Below the pieces are notes generated by a model, which was not told where the DNA came from, made no database searches, and saw only the letters and a program-made list of their open reading frames with translations. A stretch of DNA of 64,000 nucleotides from Longimicrobiales bacterium (lineage in GTDB: Bacteria; Gemmatimonadota; Gemmatimonadetes; Longimicrobiales; Gaopeijiaceae). Within the stretch, counting starts at the first letter, position 1, and the number at the start of each line of letters is the position of its first letter. This document shows, in pieces, positions 41,143 to 51,508 of the stretch. The stretch lies in NCBI GenBank assembly GCA_965219445.1, contig CBDCNQ010000005.1, positions 1,536,001 through 1,600,000 on the forward strand, in the 5' to 3' direction. The position numbers and the translations under genes are program-made.

Positions 41143-41850
41143 ATGATTTTGCCCACGATTCGCGCCTCTCTGAGTCGAAATGACGCACAGCAGCTGGTAC
41201 GCCTTTTAGGCCGAACAGACTCGGAGCTGGCGGAGGCCGCACGGCTCCGTCTCGAGGAGAGTGGGATCGGGAGTCTACTGGACGACCCGAGAATCCAGAA
41301 CGCGTTGCTCGCCGACGCCGACGTGTCGGTTCCCCCCCCGATCATTTTCTACGTGCTTGTGCGGCAGGCTCTGCTGGAGGGAGGGATCGATGATGAGGAC
41401 ACCTCCGACTACGTCGCATCGATGCTGGTCTCGTTTGGTCGGGCTCGGCGCGCCTATCGAATCTCTGGGGAAGAAGAGAGCGAATTCCACTATCTGACAG
41501 ATATCGTATCGGAGCTGCGGAGCGCCGATGGCCGGCGGCGTTTCCTCTTGCGCGTACACATGGGCGACTTTGCGCTCTGGATGTCGGGACTGTTCCCGGA
41601 CTATCTCGAGGCCAGGACCCGCCGGAAGGGGGCACCGCCCATTACCTATTTCGAGGAGTGGGGAGCCACCGGCTACCTCGGTGCTTCGGAGAGTCTCGAG
41701 GCCGGCGAACTCGGGCTGGACATCGTCCTGAGGGATGTGGCGAATCAATTCAGCGCGGTTCGTACGGCACTCAATCGGATCTCCGATCGGCACTTTTGGC
41801 CGGGATCGGGCGACCCGGTCGGCCGTCTTCTTAGAGAAATCTCCAGGTAG
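41143..41850 (+). CDS. Conserved hypothetical helical protein
   Basis: AAGGAG RBS; FYVLVRQAL, DYVASML, HMGDFALWMSGLFPD, YF...G..GY. Confidence 0.75.
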   Translation: MILPTIRASLSRNDAQQLVRLLGRTDSELAEAARLRLEESGIGSLLDDPRIQNALLADADVSVPPPIIFYVLVRQALLEGGIDDEDTSDYVASMLVSFGRARRAYRISGEEESEFHYLTDIVSELRSADGRRRFLLRVHMGDFALWMSGLFPDYLEARTRRKGAPPITYFEEWGATGYLGASESLEAGELGLDIVLRDVANQFSAVRTALNRISDRHFWPGSGDPVGRLLREISR

Positions 41851-41902
41851 TAGCGTCCCTCGGACCCTGGCTTCCTTTGGAATAGGGTGGGGCAGGAGAT
41901 AA

Positions 41903-42640
41903 TCAACCTGGTGCTCTCGGGCGGCGGGGCGAGCCGGTGAGCTCCGAGAGGGTGACGACGCTACCCCGAGAGGCCCACCGGCCGAGCGTAACCTCCTCGT
42001 CTTCGAGGCCCAAGCCCCACGTCGCGTCTCGGACCGCCGTGACCCGGTATCCCCTCTCCTGCATCCCGTCCACGGCTTGGGTGACGCAGACATCCCGAGC
42101 CACACCGATGACCACGAGCTCCATCTGGACTTTCACCTCGTCTGCGAGAGTGGCCAGGAAGGTTTCGGTGGCGGTGTTGCCCTCGAAGACCTCGAAGCGG
42201 TTCTTCTGGATGAAGACCGATCGCCCACGGTGGATCGCCTCTCGGGCTGTCGCGGCGGCCTCCGCTCCGGTGGCACTCATGGGCAGGACCAGTGGATCGG
42301 TCGGCCGAACGACCCCTATGAGCTCGGCTCCAGCTCGTTGGTCCGGATCGTCAGACCGGCCCATGCAGTGAGGCGGATAGGTGCCCGCCTGAGGGTTTGG
42401 AGCGTGAGGATCGATCTCGGCGTCGTCGAGGGCGTGCCAATCCCCCGTATAGACGATGACGGTACAGTTCTCACGCATCCACGCCACCGCGTCCCCAAGG
42501 GTCGCGACGATGGAGGTGGCCCCGGGGTCGGAGGCGTCGCTCAGGTCGCGCACGTAGAGGCGGCCATCGGGCTCCATAAAGTCTCTCTGGACGTCTACTA
42601 CCCACCCGATCCGCATGACCGTGCCGGCGCTCGAGGTCAT
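41903..42640 (-). CDS. Isochorismatase family hydrolase, likely nicotinamidase
   Basis: VVDVQRDF, DWH, PPHC, QKN and GVARDVCV give the D-K-C triad; ATGA-coupled to NAPRTase. Confidence 0.8.
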   Translation of the reverse strand: MTSSAGTVMRIGWVVDVQRDFMEPDGRLYVRDLSDASDPGATSIVATLGDAVAWMRENCTVIVYTGDWHALDDAEIDPHAPNPQAGTYPPHCMGRSDDPDQRAGAELIGVVRPTDPLVLPMSATGAEAAATAREAIHRGRSVFIQKNRFEVFEGNTATETFLATLADEVKVQMELVVIGVARDVCVTQAVDGMQERGYRVTAVRDATWGLGLEDEEVTLGRWASRGSVVTLSELTGSPRRPRAPG

Positions 42641-43737
42641 GAGACGGTATCCATCCGCGGGTTGGGGCGATACCAGCGGCCCGTCTTCGCCAAAGGGCTG
42701 CCCTCTACCAATACGATGTCCGCCGTGAAGTCGTAACTGCCTCGAACCAGCGCCGAGCCCACGCCATAGGAATCCACAGGCACTCCCGCTTCCTTGAAAC
42801 GACGGATCTTGTCCGCATCGAAGCCGCCGGATACCACGATCTTCACATGCCTGAACCCCTCCCCGTCGAGAGCGTCTCGCACCTTCTCCACCAATCTCGG
42901 ATTGACCCCACGGGGATCGAAGTCACCCATCTCCCCCTGAAGGGACTGGTCCACCAGGTCGGCCGCCGTATCGAGGCGGACCGCCCAGAGGCGCTCCCGC
43001 AGGGCCCGTGCCACCGTCAGGGAGGTCTTCACACAATCATTTTCGAAGTCCACGAGGGAAATGATGTTCACGTCGTCGGAGATGTGACGCACCAGGGCTT
43101 CGGTGGCCCTCATGGTGTCCCCGCCGTAGGCGGCGATGAGAGCGTGGGGAACGGTCCCGTCGCCCTCACTCCCCCACCAGGAGGCCTGCGCGTCGGTCGA
43201 GACTCCGATGGCACCGGCCACGTGGGCCGCCCAGCCATCACCGGTCTGTACCATCCAATGGTCATGGCGCGCGGGGAAGAACAGGACCGGTTGGGGCCAG
43301 GCGGCCTCGACGACCTCACGGGTGCGCGTCGCGATCTTGGTGCGACGGCCCAGAACCCCGACGTAGAGCGTCTCGAGGTGGGCGAAGGCCGCGTACGGCC
43401 CACGGATCAGCATGACCGTCTCCCACGGCCCCACACGATCCCCGTCCCGCAAGGAGGATACCTCGAGGTCGGAGAAGGAATAGCCATCGGTCAAGCAGAG
43501 CTTGAGGATGGCGATGGCCTCGTCGGTACCGGCCACCCACGCCCGGTTCTTCTGGAAGACCTGTATCGTTACGACGGGGTCGTGCCCGTCGGCGATCAGC
43601 ACGTCCCGTGCCCGGACAAAGTACTTGTCCGAGTAGTATCCCGCCTTCATCCTCTCTGCCGGGAGCTGGAAAATCTCGGGGTCGAGACGATCCCCGTCCC
43701 GAATGGGATCCGGAGGACCCGCCGAGGCGGTGCTCAC
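42637..43737 (-). CDS. Nicotinate phosphoribosyltransferase (QAPRTase-like type)
   Basis: YSDKYF, FFPARHDH, GTVPHAL, VDFENDC, VRLDT, SGGF, YGVGS; GGAGGAGG upstream of the GTG at 43737. Confidence 0.85.
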   Translation of the reverse strand: MSTASAGPPDPIRDGDRLDPEIFQLPAERMKAGYYSDKYFVRARDVLIADGHDPVVTIQVFQKNRAWVAGTDEAIAILKLCLTDGYSFSDLEVSSLRDGDRVGPWETVMLIRGPYAAFAHLETLYVGVLGRRTKIATRTREVVEAAWPQPVLFFPARHDHWMVQTGDGWAAHVAGAIGVSTDAQASWWGSEGDGTVPHALIAAYGGDTMRATEALVRHISDDVNIISLVDFENDCVKTSLTVARALRERLWAVRLDTAADLVDQSLQGEMGDFDPRGVNPRLVEKVRDALDGEGFRHVKIVVSGGFDADKIRRFKEAGVPVDSYGVGSALVRGSYDFTADIVLVEGSPLAKTGRWYRPNPRMDTVS

Positions 43738-43929
43738 CCGACCTCCTCCCGCCGTCGCGTCGTGTAGAAGATGATCCACTCCTTCACCCATACGCTTCCT
43801 CTCTTGCAGAGATAGTAGGAGGACCGATTCCAGGGGCACGAGCGTTCGACTCTTTGAGAATGGTGCGAAGTTGTCGAACCAGACAGGGGGGACGGCTATA
43901 CGCTCGAGATCTCCCGATCCTTGCCGCTC

Positions 43930-43946
43930 TGGCACGTGACATGCAT
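43930..43946 (+). promoter_or_regulatory. Candidate sigma54 -24/-12 promoter upstream of frdA
   Basis: TGGCACGTGACATGCAT (GG-N10-GC) in the divergent intergenic region. Confidence 0.35.
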
Positions 43947-44168
43947 AATCGGGCGGGTTACGGACGCTTGGGCTGCGAGGCCCTCCGGTCGCTCTGGCCA
44001 CCACGGTGCCGAGAGGAGGGTCGACTCTGTCGATGAGGACCACCCGCTTCACCAATGAGAAGGCCCCTTGTGGGCAGGCTTAATGTGGTCCACCACGACG
44101 GGACCGTCCTGGAAGACGAGCTCATTTATGGGCCATAGAGTTTCTAGACCTCGGTCCCGGGTCCTGTC

Positions 44169-45908
44169 GTGACCGCTTCTCATGACATAGTACTGGTGGG
44201 GGGCGGCGGAGCAGGATTACGTGCGGCCATTGCCATCGCGGAAGCCAACCCCCGCCTCAGCATCGCCGTCGTCTCCAAGGTGTATCCCATGCGCAGCCAC
44301 ACCGTCTCGGCAGAGGGCGGCGCTGCAGGAGTGATCGCCGAAGACGACTCCCTCGACGAGCACGCCTATGACACCATCTCCGGTGGCGCTTGGCTGTGCG
44401 ATCAAGACGCCGTCGACGAGTTCGTTAAGGAGGCGCCCCAGGAGTTGCTCCGGTTGGAACACTGGGGTTGTCCCTGGAGTCGCACGCCGGAGGGTCGAGT
44501 TGCCGTACGTCCGTTCGGCGGCATGAAGAAGAAGCGAACGTGGTACGCGGCCGATAAGACCGGCTTCCACATGCTCCACACGCTCTTCCAGACCTCCCTC
44601 AAATACACGAGCGTCGTTCGCTACGACGAGTGGTTCGTGACCAAGCTCCTCATCGATGATGGCCGTGTCCAAGGCGTCGTGGCGTTGGAGCTGATGTCCG
44701 GCGAGGTCCAGCCGATTCTGGCCAAAGCCGTCATTCTGTGCACGGGCGGCTGCGGCCGGGTGTTTCCGTTCACCACCAACGCCAGCATCAAGAACGGAGA
44801 CGGCATGGCGTTGGCCTACGCGGCCGGCGCCCCACTCAAGGACATGGAGTACATCCAGTATCACCCGACGGGCCTCCCGTTCACCGGCATCCTCATTACC
44901 GAGGCGGCGCGGGCCGAGGGAGGCTGGTTGCTCAACAAAGACGGCTACCGCTACCTGCAGGACTACGACCTGGGCACGCCGGAGCCGAAACCTGTTCTGC
45001 GGAGCATGGAGCTGGGGCCTCGGGATCGTCTGTCGCAGGCCTTCGTCAAGGAGGTGGAGAAGGGGCAGGCCATCGATGGCCCCTACGGCGCGGTGGTTCA
45101 CCTCGACCTGCGGCATTTGGGCGAGCAGGTCATAGACAGCAAGATTCCGTTTGTGCGCGAGTTGTGTCAGAAATACCAGAACATCGACCCGGTCAAGGAG
45201 ATGATCCCGGTTCGGCCGGTCATCCACTACATAATGGGAGGGGTCCACACCGACATCGACGGTGCTACGACCCTGGCCGGGCTGTACGCGGCTGGTGAGG
45301 TCGCGTGCGTGAGCATCAACGGCGCGAACCGGCTGGGGTCCAATTCCCTAACAGAGCTGCTCGTTTTCGGTGCGCGCGCCGGCCAGGCGGCGGCGGAGTA
45401 TGCGTCCACCCAGAAGGATCCGAGCTCTAGTCTGCTGGCGCAGGCGGAGGATGAAAAGCGGCGTTTGGAGCGCGACTTCCTGCACAAAACGGGTGGCACG
45501 GAGCGCTCCGCCACTATTCGCGAGGAGATGCAGGCGACCATGGAGCAGGGTGCCGGCATCTATCGCTCGGGCGAGGGACTGACCCGGGCGGCCGACCGGC
45601 TGCGCGAGCTTCAGGAGCGCTTTCGAAACGTGGCTGTGGAGGATAGCAGCCGAACGTTCAACACGGAGCTGACCTCCGTCTTGGAGTTGTCATCCATGCT
45701 CGACGTTTCCGAGGCGATGATCCACTCTGCTTTGTGGCGCGAAGAATCCCGGGGAGCACACCAAAGGACCGACTTCACCGACCGTGACGACGAGCGTTTC
45801 TTGGCGCACTCGCTCATCTATCGCAATTCCGACGGCTCCTCCAGAGTCGAATCCCTGCCGGTGACGATCACCCGGTGGCCCCCTGGCGAGCGAGTATACG
45901 GGAGGTAA
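44169..45908 (+). CDS. frdA: Fumarate reductase flavoprotein subunit
   Basis: [16 protein letters not shown] (covalent FAD His), [28 protein letters not shown]. Confidence 0.9.
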   Translation: MTASHDIVLVGGGGAGLRAAIAIAEANPRLSIAVVSKVYPMRSHTVSAEGGAAGVIAEDDSLDEHAYDTISGGAWLCDQDAVDEFVKEAPQELLRLEHWGCPWSRTPEGRVAVRPFGGMKKKRTWYAADKTGFHMLHTLFQTSLKYTSVVRYDEWFVTKLLIDDGRVQGVVALELMSGEVQPILAKAVILCTGGCGRVFPFTTNASIKNGDGMALAYAAGAPLKDMEYIQYHPTGLPFTGILITEAARAEGGWLLNKDGYRYLQDYDLGTPEPKPVLRSMELGPRDRLSQAFVKEVEKGQAIDGPYGAVVHLDLRHLGEQVIDSKIPFVRELCQKYQNIDPVKEMIPVRPVIHYIMGGVHTDIDGATTLAGLYAAGEVACVSINGANRLGSNSLTELLVFGARAGQAAAEYASTQKDPSSSLLAQAEDEKRRLERDFLHKTGGTERSATIREEMQATMEQGAGIYRSGEGLTRAADRLRELQERFRNVAVEDSSRTFNTELTSVLELSSMLDVSEAMIHSALWREESRGAHQRTDFTDRDDERFLAHSLIYRNSDGSSRVESLPVTITRWPPGERVYGR

Positions 45909-45913
45909 CGACT

Positions 45914-46657
45914 ATGGTTGACCGTATCACAATGCGGCTGGCGCGGTACCGCCCCGAGGAGGAGGACGAGCCAACGTTCGAGGAATACGAGGTGCCGTGC
46001 CACAAGGAGTGGGTGGTTCTCGACGGGCTCAACTACATCAAGGACCAGCTGGACGGCAGCTTGTCGTACCGTTGGTCGTGTCGCATGGGCATTTGCGGTA
46101 GTTGCGGCATGACCGTGAACGGAGAGCCGAAGCTGACATGCGCAACGTTCCTGACTGATTACGCGCCGGGTCCTGTGCATGTCGAGCCGATGCAAAACTT
46201 CCCCATCGTCCGGGACCTCATCGTCGAGATGACGGACTTCATGCAAAAGCTGACCACGATCAAACCCTGGATCGTGCGCGACGAGGAACGGGCTCTGGCG
46301 GAAGGAGAGTACAGGCAAACGCCGGACGAGCTGAGCGAGTACAAGCAGTACAGCATGTGTATCAATTGCATGCTGTGCTACGCCGCCTGCCCGGTTTACG
46401 GCCTCGACCCAGACTTCATCGGGCCGGCCGCGATCGCTCTGGCCCAGCGGTACAATCTCGATTCACGCGACGAGGGATCCGGTGAGCGTCTCGACCTTCT
46501 TTCCCTGCACGAGGGAATCTGGGCCTGCACCTTCGTGGGCGAATGCACTGAGGTCTGTCCGAAGAACGTCGATCCCGCCGGCGCCATTCAGCGTTACAAG
46601 CTGGATGCCGCGCTAACCTCGCTCAAAGATTTACTTTTGCCGTGGGGCGCCAGATGA
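45914..46657 (+). CDS. frdB: Fumarate reductase Fe-S subunit
   Basis: [38 protein letters not shown]. Confidence 0.9.
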   Translation: MVDRITMRLARYRPEEEDEPTFEEYEVPCHKEWVVLDGLNYIKDQLDGSLSYRWSCRMGICGSCGMTVNGEPKLTCATFLTDYAPGPVHVEPMQNFPIVRDLIVEMTDFMQKLTTIKPWIVRDEERALAEGEYRQTPDELSEYKQYSMCINCMLCYAACPVYGLDPDFIGPAAIALAQRYNLDSRDEGSGERLDLLSLHEGIWACTFVGECTEVCPKNVDPAGAIQRYKLDAALTSLKDLLLPWGAR

Positions 46658-47076
46658 GCGAGCAACCGACGTACACGCCTTTCCACCCGCGCTGGTATCG
46701 TCCGCGGATTTCCACGTGGTGGTGGTTGAGGCGGCGGTCCTCGCTCGCGTTCATGTTTCGCGAGCTGAGCAGCATCTTCGTGGCGTGGTTTGTCGTCTTC
46801 TTTCTGCTGCTGGTCTCTGCAGTGGGGCGTGGAGAGGCTGCTTACCAGGAGTTCATGCGTTGGGCCGCGAACCCGGGCATCATGGTCGTGAACCTCGTCA
46901 GCCTGTTCTTTGTCGTATTCCACGCCGTCACTTGGTTCAACCTGGCACCCCAGGCAATGGTGGTGCACATGCGAGGCAAGCGAGTGCCGGGGAAATTGAT
47001 TGCCGCTTCCAACTACGGTGCATGGGTGGTGACCTCTCTCCTGGTGGCGTGGATTTTCCTCGCTGGGTCGAGGTAG
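46654..47076 (+). CDS. frdC: Fumarate reductase membrane anchor C
   Basis: [28 protein letters not shown]; 3 TM helices. Confidence 0.88.
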   Translation: MSEQPTYTPFHPRWYRPRISTWWWLRRRSSLAFMFRELSSIFVAWFVVFFLLLVSAVGRGEAAYQEFMRWAANPGIMVVNLVSLFFVVFHAVTWFNLAPQAMVVHMRGKRVPGKLIAASNYGAWVVTSLLVAWIFLAGSR

Positions 47077-47078
47077 CG

Positions 47079-47432
47079 ATGGCAAGGCTAACGCTCGAGC
47101 CGCTCTTGTGGATTCTCTTCAGCGCCGGAGGCGTGGTGGCCGCCCTGGTGATCCCGGTCCTGCTGTTGCTGTTCGGCCTCGCGTTCCCTCTCGGCTGGCT
47201 CTCGCCCCCCAGTCATGCGCACATGCTCGCGGTGCTCGGCCACCCACTTTCGCGCGTGACGATTTTCGTCTCGTGCACGTTGTTGCTGTTCCACTGGGCG
47301 CACCGCTTTCGCTTCACACTGTACGACGCGTTGCAGATCAAGCACCTGAACAAGTTGATCGTCCTGCTGTCTTACGGGGCCGTGCTCGTCGGTACCGTTG
47401 CTGCAGGGTATCTCGTCTGGCAGCTTCCCTAG
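47079..47432 (+). CDS. frdD: Fumarate reductase membrane anchor D
   Basis: EPLLWILFSAGG, FPLG, FHWAHRF, YGA. Confidence 0.88.
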   Translation: MARLTLEPLLWILFSAGGVVAALVIPVLLLLFGLAFPLGWLSPPSHAHMLAVLGHPLSRVTIFVSCTLLLFHWAHRFRFTLYDALQIKHLNKLIVLLSYGAVLVGTVAAGYLVWQLP

Positions 47433-47476
47433 GGGTAGAGCGACACTGAGGAGGCCCCTAATCGGAACTCAGGCCG

Positions 47477-49288
47477 CTAGGCCGCCGCGGGTCGCAGGCA
47501 GGCGGCACAGAATCTCCACCTCCTTCTCACGACGGCTCCACACGTACATAGGCGCCGCGCCACTCGCCCACAGTGCGGGCAGCCCATGGCGTCCCACGGC
47601 ACCTCGCCTCCGCAGTCGGGGCAAGGTATGACGGACCCCACGTCACTCTGAATAACTCGGGCCGCCTCGTGCGGAGACGTGAGGCCTTCGGCCACCTTCC
47701 GGCTCACGTCCTCCGTGAGGGATGCCATTCCGCTTTCGGACGCGAGGCGCCCGAGATCGGACGTCGAGGCGCCGCGCATGATCTGGTCTCGAATCGCGTC
47801 GTTCATCGCGAGCACCTGGAAGACCCCGGTCCGGCCCGAGTACCCGTCTGTGCACCGGGTACAGGCTTCGGGGTTCCGGCCACGGCAGAACCGACAAAAG
47901 GTCCTCACTAGCCGCTGGGCCACAACGGCACTCAGACCGCCTGCTACCAAATGGGGCGGCACTCCCATGTGGAGCAGCCTTGTGATGGCTCCGGGGGCGT
48001 CGGTCGCATGAATGGTGGACAGCACGAGGTGGCCCGTAACGGCAGCACCCATGGCGATTTCCGCTGTCTCACGATCCCGGATTTCGCCGACCATTACGAC
48101 GTCTGGATCCTGCCGGAGGATGGCGCGGAGAGCTACGGGAAAGGTCAGCCCGGCGAGCGGCCTCACTTGGACCTGATTGATGCCAGGGAGTTGGTACTCC
48201 ATAGGATCCTCGAGCGTGACCACGTTGAGCCTCTCCTGGTTCAACTCGCCCAGCGCCGCGAACAGACTGCTACTCTTTCCGCTGCCGGTCGGCCCGGCAG
48301 CGAGAATCACGCCCTGCCCTGCCCGGCCGAGTCGCCTCACGAGGGAGGCATCGCGCTCGGAGAGTCCAAGCCCGTCGAGGTTCCGAGGCACTTGGAGCGG
48401 ATCCAGAAGCCTGAGCACGATCTTTTCTCCCCCCGCCACAGGAAGTGCCGACGCCCTAATCCTGAGAGATCCAGCTGCATGCTCGACGGCGAGACCGCCG
48501 TCCTGCGGCTTTCTCTTCACGGAAATATCCATTCCGGACATCACCTTGATCCGTGAGGTGATAGAAGCCATGCCGCTCCCCGGAAGAGTGAGGAAGCGGC
48601 GCAGTACACCGTCAATGCGGTAGCGGATCAGAACCCGACCCGCGAACGGTTCGAGATGGATGTCGCTGGCTCCCAGGGCTGCGGCATGGTGAATGATATG
48701 ATCCACGAGTCGAACGACGGGTGCGGCCGCTGCGGCGGCCTTCAACGTCCCGTCGTCCTCTGAATTGGCGTCGTACGCTGGCAGGTTATTGACCAGCTCT
48801 GCCAGCTCCCCCGCGTATGCCGTGCGGATCCCCTCGGCTATGGTGGAAGGAGCGGCCACGATGGGTTCGACGTGGCGCCCGCTGCTGAAACGCAGCTCCT
48901 CCAGCGTCCCCTGGTCTAGCGGGTCGGAAACGGCCAGCCGGAGGGTTCGGTCAGTGGCCGACAACGGAAGAATGGCCCGAGCGCGGGCCAGCCCGGCGTC
49001 TACGAAGCCCAGGGCCTCGGCCTCGCAGATCAGGGGCCCCTCGGCGAAAGGGAGTCTGAGTTGAGACGCTAGCGATCGAGCGACGGCCCCGTCGTCGACG
49101 TATCCCCTTCGGACGAGAATGTTGCCGAGCCGCCGCCCGGAATCTTTCTGCTCGTCCAGCGCAGCGCGCAGATGTCGTTGTTCGAGCTGGCCAGATTCCA
49201 CAAGCGACTGGCCGAGCGGAAGAGGTCTCGTGGCCATCGGCACACGTTGGAGCATCCCCGCGCGCGTTGCCATGACCAGATCGGCCAT
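47477..49288 (-). CDS. GspE/PilB family ATPase with MshEN-like N-terminus and C-terminal double zinc ribbon
   Basis: LGQSLV..G / RLGNILV..G, ASDIHLEP, GPTGSGKS, TLEDPMEY, LRQDPD, TGHLVLSTIH; tail CPDC..CPHC..CTC..CAAC. Confidence 0.9.
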   Translation of the reverse strand: MADLVMATRAGMLQRVPMATRPLPLGQSLVESGQLEQRHLRAALDEQKDSGRRLGNILVRRGYVDDGAVARSLASQLRLPFAEGPLICEAEALGFVDAGLARARAILPLSATDRTLRLAVSDPLDQGTLEELRFSSGRHVEPIVAAPSTIAEGIRTAYAGELAELVNNLPAYDANSEDDGTLKAAAAAAPVVRLVDHIIHHAAALGASDIHLEPFAGRVLIRYRIDGVLRRFLTLPGSGMASITSRIKVMSGMDISVKRKPQDGGLAVEHAAGSLRIRASALPVAGGEKIVLRLLDPLQVPRNLDGLGLSERDASLVRRLGRAGQGVILAAGPTGSGKSSSLFAALGELNQERLNVVTLEDPMEYQLPGINQVQVRPLAGLTFPVALRAILRQDPDVVMVGEIRDRETAEIAMGAAVTGHLVLSTIHATDAPGAITRLLHMGVPPHLVAGGLSAVVAQRLVRTFCRFCRGRNPEACTRCTDGYSGRTGVFQVLAMNDAIRDQIMRGASTSDLGRLASESGMASLTEDVSRKVAEGLTSPHEAARVIQSDVGSVIPCPDCGGEVPWDAMGCPHCGRVARRLCTCGAVVRRRWRFCAACLRPAAA

Positions 49289-49341
49289 GAGGGACTACCT
49301 GGAACGGGACGGAGAGATGGACTACAGGACGACAGGAGATA

Positions 49342-49941
49342 CTACGGGATCAGATCGATCGACTCGTCGTCTGGTGGCTGCACGTCCACGGGCCGCACGT
49401 CCATGGTGACCTGCACCGCGATGTGGCCCATGTCGGCGCGGTCCCGGAGGGCGTCCCGAACCCTCGGCTCGACCTTCCTGTACGCGGCTAGTACGCCATC
49501 TCGGATCTCCCTGCGGAGCACCTTCAACGCGTTGACATCGGGGCGGCTCGTCTTCGTTTCCTTCTTTGCTTCGACAAGGCGCTCCGGGAAGATCTCGAAC
49601 GGGGCCATTCCGATATCGTCGAGCCGAGCCGAATCGATGTACTGGATGGAAACCGAAACGTCGCCACGCGCATGGTGCGTCGGGATGTCGCCGACGGCAC
49701 GGAAGTGCGACGCCAACTTCCCGAGCTCCGCGTTTGACGCTGCCTTCGTGTAGCTGCGTTCCACGATGGCGAATATGCGCTTCATACGCTCCGGTGTCGT
49801 TGCGTCCACATCTGGAATTTCTGTCTCTAGCTCCCGGCCGACAGCCTGGCGGTCCTGCCCAGCTTGAGCCTCCTCTTCCCGGATCCTTTGCCGATCGATG
49901 TTCTCAAGAATTCGGTCAGGGTTTGTCCGAAGCCCCATCAC
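49342..49941 (-). CDS. Hypothetical protein
   Basis: 199-aa ORF with GGAGAG RBS and a soluble, protein-like composition; co-oriented upstream of the ATPase. Confidence 0.75.
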   Translation of the reverse strand: MMGLRTNPDRILENIDRQRIREEEAQAGQDRQAVGRELETEIPDVDATTPERMKRIFAIVERSYTKAASNAELGKLASHFRAVGDIPTHHARGDVSVSIQYIDSARLDDIGMAPFEIFPERLVEAKKETKTSRPDVNALKVLRREIRDGVLAAYRKVEPRVRDALRDRADMGHIAVQVTMDVRPVDVQPPDDESIDLIP

Positions 49942-50167
49942 TCTCTCCGTAACACAGGCATTAAAAGCGTTCGTTCATGCTCTACAGCAAACGATAACCT
50001 GATCTGTCTGTCACGGCCAAGTGGTTCCGGCTGTCGGCTGGTGACCGTGGCGACGGGCCGAAGAAGATGATTTCGCCGTGGCTGTCCGCATCGTAGACTG
50101 GACACGTCGTACCTCCCACCTCAGCAAAAGAATGATTAGAGGGGCCACCGGCGCCAGAGGTGAAATC

Positions 50168-50452
50168 TTGAATACGAAGGAAGTGGGCCAACTCCAGTGC
50201 CAGCGGCACGAGTTTGGCCTTCCGGACGGGTGGCGGGCCGATCATCTGTTCGGATTGCGTATGCCGGAGGGCTTGAAGTTGGAGGCACTGAAGGAGGAGC
50301 TGGAGTCACGACGAATCTTTGTGTCACTGAGGGGAAATGCGCTTCGCGTGTCGCCCCGCGTCTACAACGACGAGAGCGACGTGGGGGCTTTGATCGAAGC
50401 GCTTCAGGACGTCGTGACCCCGACGACTAGTGCGGGCAGCAAGGGCCTGTAA
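50168..50452 (+). pseudogene. Class V aminotransferase with large in-frame internal deletion
   Basis: N-terminal LQCQRHEFGLPD is fused to C-terminal WRADHLFGLR..FVSLRGNALRVSP.VYNDESDV..LIEAL; PLP-binding core absent. GAGGTG RBS before TTG. Confidence 0.7.
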
Positions 50453-50505
50453 CGAACACGCTCGGCTTCTCCAGGCAGTCCGCAGGGGGCGGAACTCTCC
50501 GGGGT

Positions 50506-50964
50506 CTACCGCGAAAAGATCAGCTGGCAGCGGTCGCCGACCGCGATGCCTTTTTCGGCGAACCACCCCTGTCGGACCTCGAGGGCGAACATCGCGGGTC
50601 TCGCGCCGTCATGGATGTCGGTGGTTTCGGGCTCCATCTGCTGTATATCGACGACCCTGAAGTCGGCGTCGATGAAGGCGAGGTCGAGCGCGACGTACGT
50701 ATTCTGCATCCAGAACGAGCGCTCCCCCTCCGTGTCGAAGACGAAGAGCATACCGGTGCCCTCGGGGACGGCATCTCGGTACATGAGACCCCGAGATCTG
50801 AGGGCAGGCGTATTCGCTACCTCCGCGCGCACCGTATCACTGCCGAAGACGACCAATGCGGTGGCCACACGCGAGGCCAAGGGGTCCTTTAGCCGAACGG
50901 CCGCGTCCGAGCTCGCGTGTGGTAGGGCCATTGTTGTGGTTAGCAGAAGGATGAGTGATTTCAT
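50506..50964 (-). CDS. DUF192 domain protein
   Basis: AEVA.TP..R.RGLMYR, GMLFVF, FWMQNT...LD..FI, ALEV..G. Confidence 0.9.
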   Translation of the reverse strand: MKSLILLLTTTMALPHASSDAAVRLKDPLASRVATALVVFGSDTVRAEVANTPALRSRGLMYRDAVPEGTGMLFVFDTEGERSFWMQNTYVALDLAFIDADFRVVDIQQMEPETTDIHDGARPAMFALEVRQGWFAEKGIAVGDRCQLIFSR

Positions 50965-51087
50965 TGTTCGTCGCTGGCCGCGCTCCGACTCCCCACCGGA
51001 TGGCGAGGGTGATAGATTCCCGCGTTGAACTCCCCATCGTGAAGCAAAACGTGTCTTCCATACCGAGCTTGAGACGAAGGCGTTCCC

Positions 51088-51345
51088 ATGGTCGATCCTG
51101 AACTACTCGAGATTCTTGTATGCCCTGAGACTCACCAACCGGTGCGCCCTGCCGAGGCGGAGGTTCTGGATCGACTCAATCGGGCGATCCGGTCCGGAGG
51201 CGTGACCAATCGAGGCGGTAGTGAGGTGGTCGATCCAGTTGAAGAGGGCCTTGTGCGAGAGGACGACAAGATCCTATACCCGGTTCGGGAGGATATTCCG
51301 ATCATGTTGATCGATGAGGCCATCGAGCTCGACAAGCTGGCCTGA
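51088..51345 (+). CDS. Trm112-like protein
   Basis: LLEILVCPE and YPVREDIPIMLIDEA. Confidence 0.85.
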   Translation: MVDPELLEILVCPETHQPVRPAEAEVLDRLNRAIRSGGVTNRGGSEVVDPVEEGLVREDDKILYPVREDIPIMLIDEAIELDKLA

Positions 51346-51508
51346 GTGCCTGCTATGACGTACGGCTTCCGGTCGTGACCCGCGGGAGGTCCCCGGCTGA
51401 ACCGATCGAGGCTATCTTAGCGACGCCATCTTGGCGACACTATCTTGATATCCGGACTTGGACCCGGAACCGATTTTCCGGGCCACGCGTCACACGGAGA
51501 TACACGGC

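Noticed and set aside
43738..44055. Long N-terminal extensions in the ORF track (also 12149-12337, 19463-19615, 39547-39876, 63321-63518)
   Set aside because: Downstream starts have better RBS or coupling and coincide with where family homology begins.
44056..47459. 12/13-nt direct repeat TGAG(A/G)AGGCCCCT flanking frdABCD as an att site or target duplication
   Set aside because: Short, imperfect and GC-rich with no recombinase nearby; compatible with chance.
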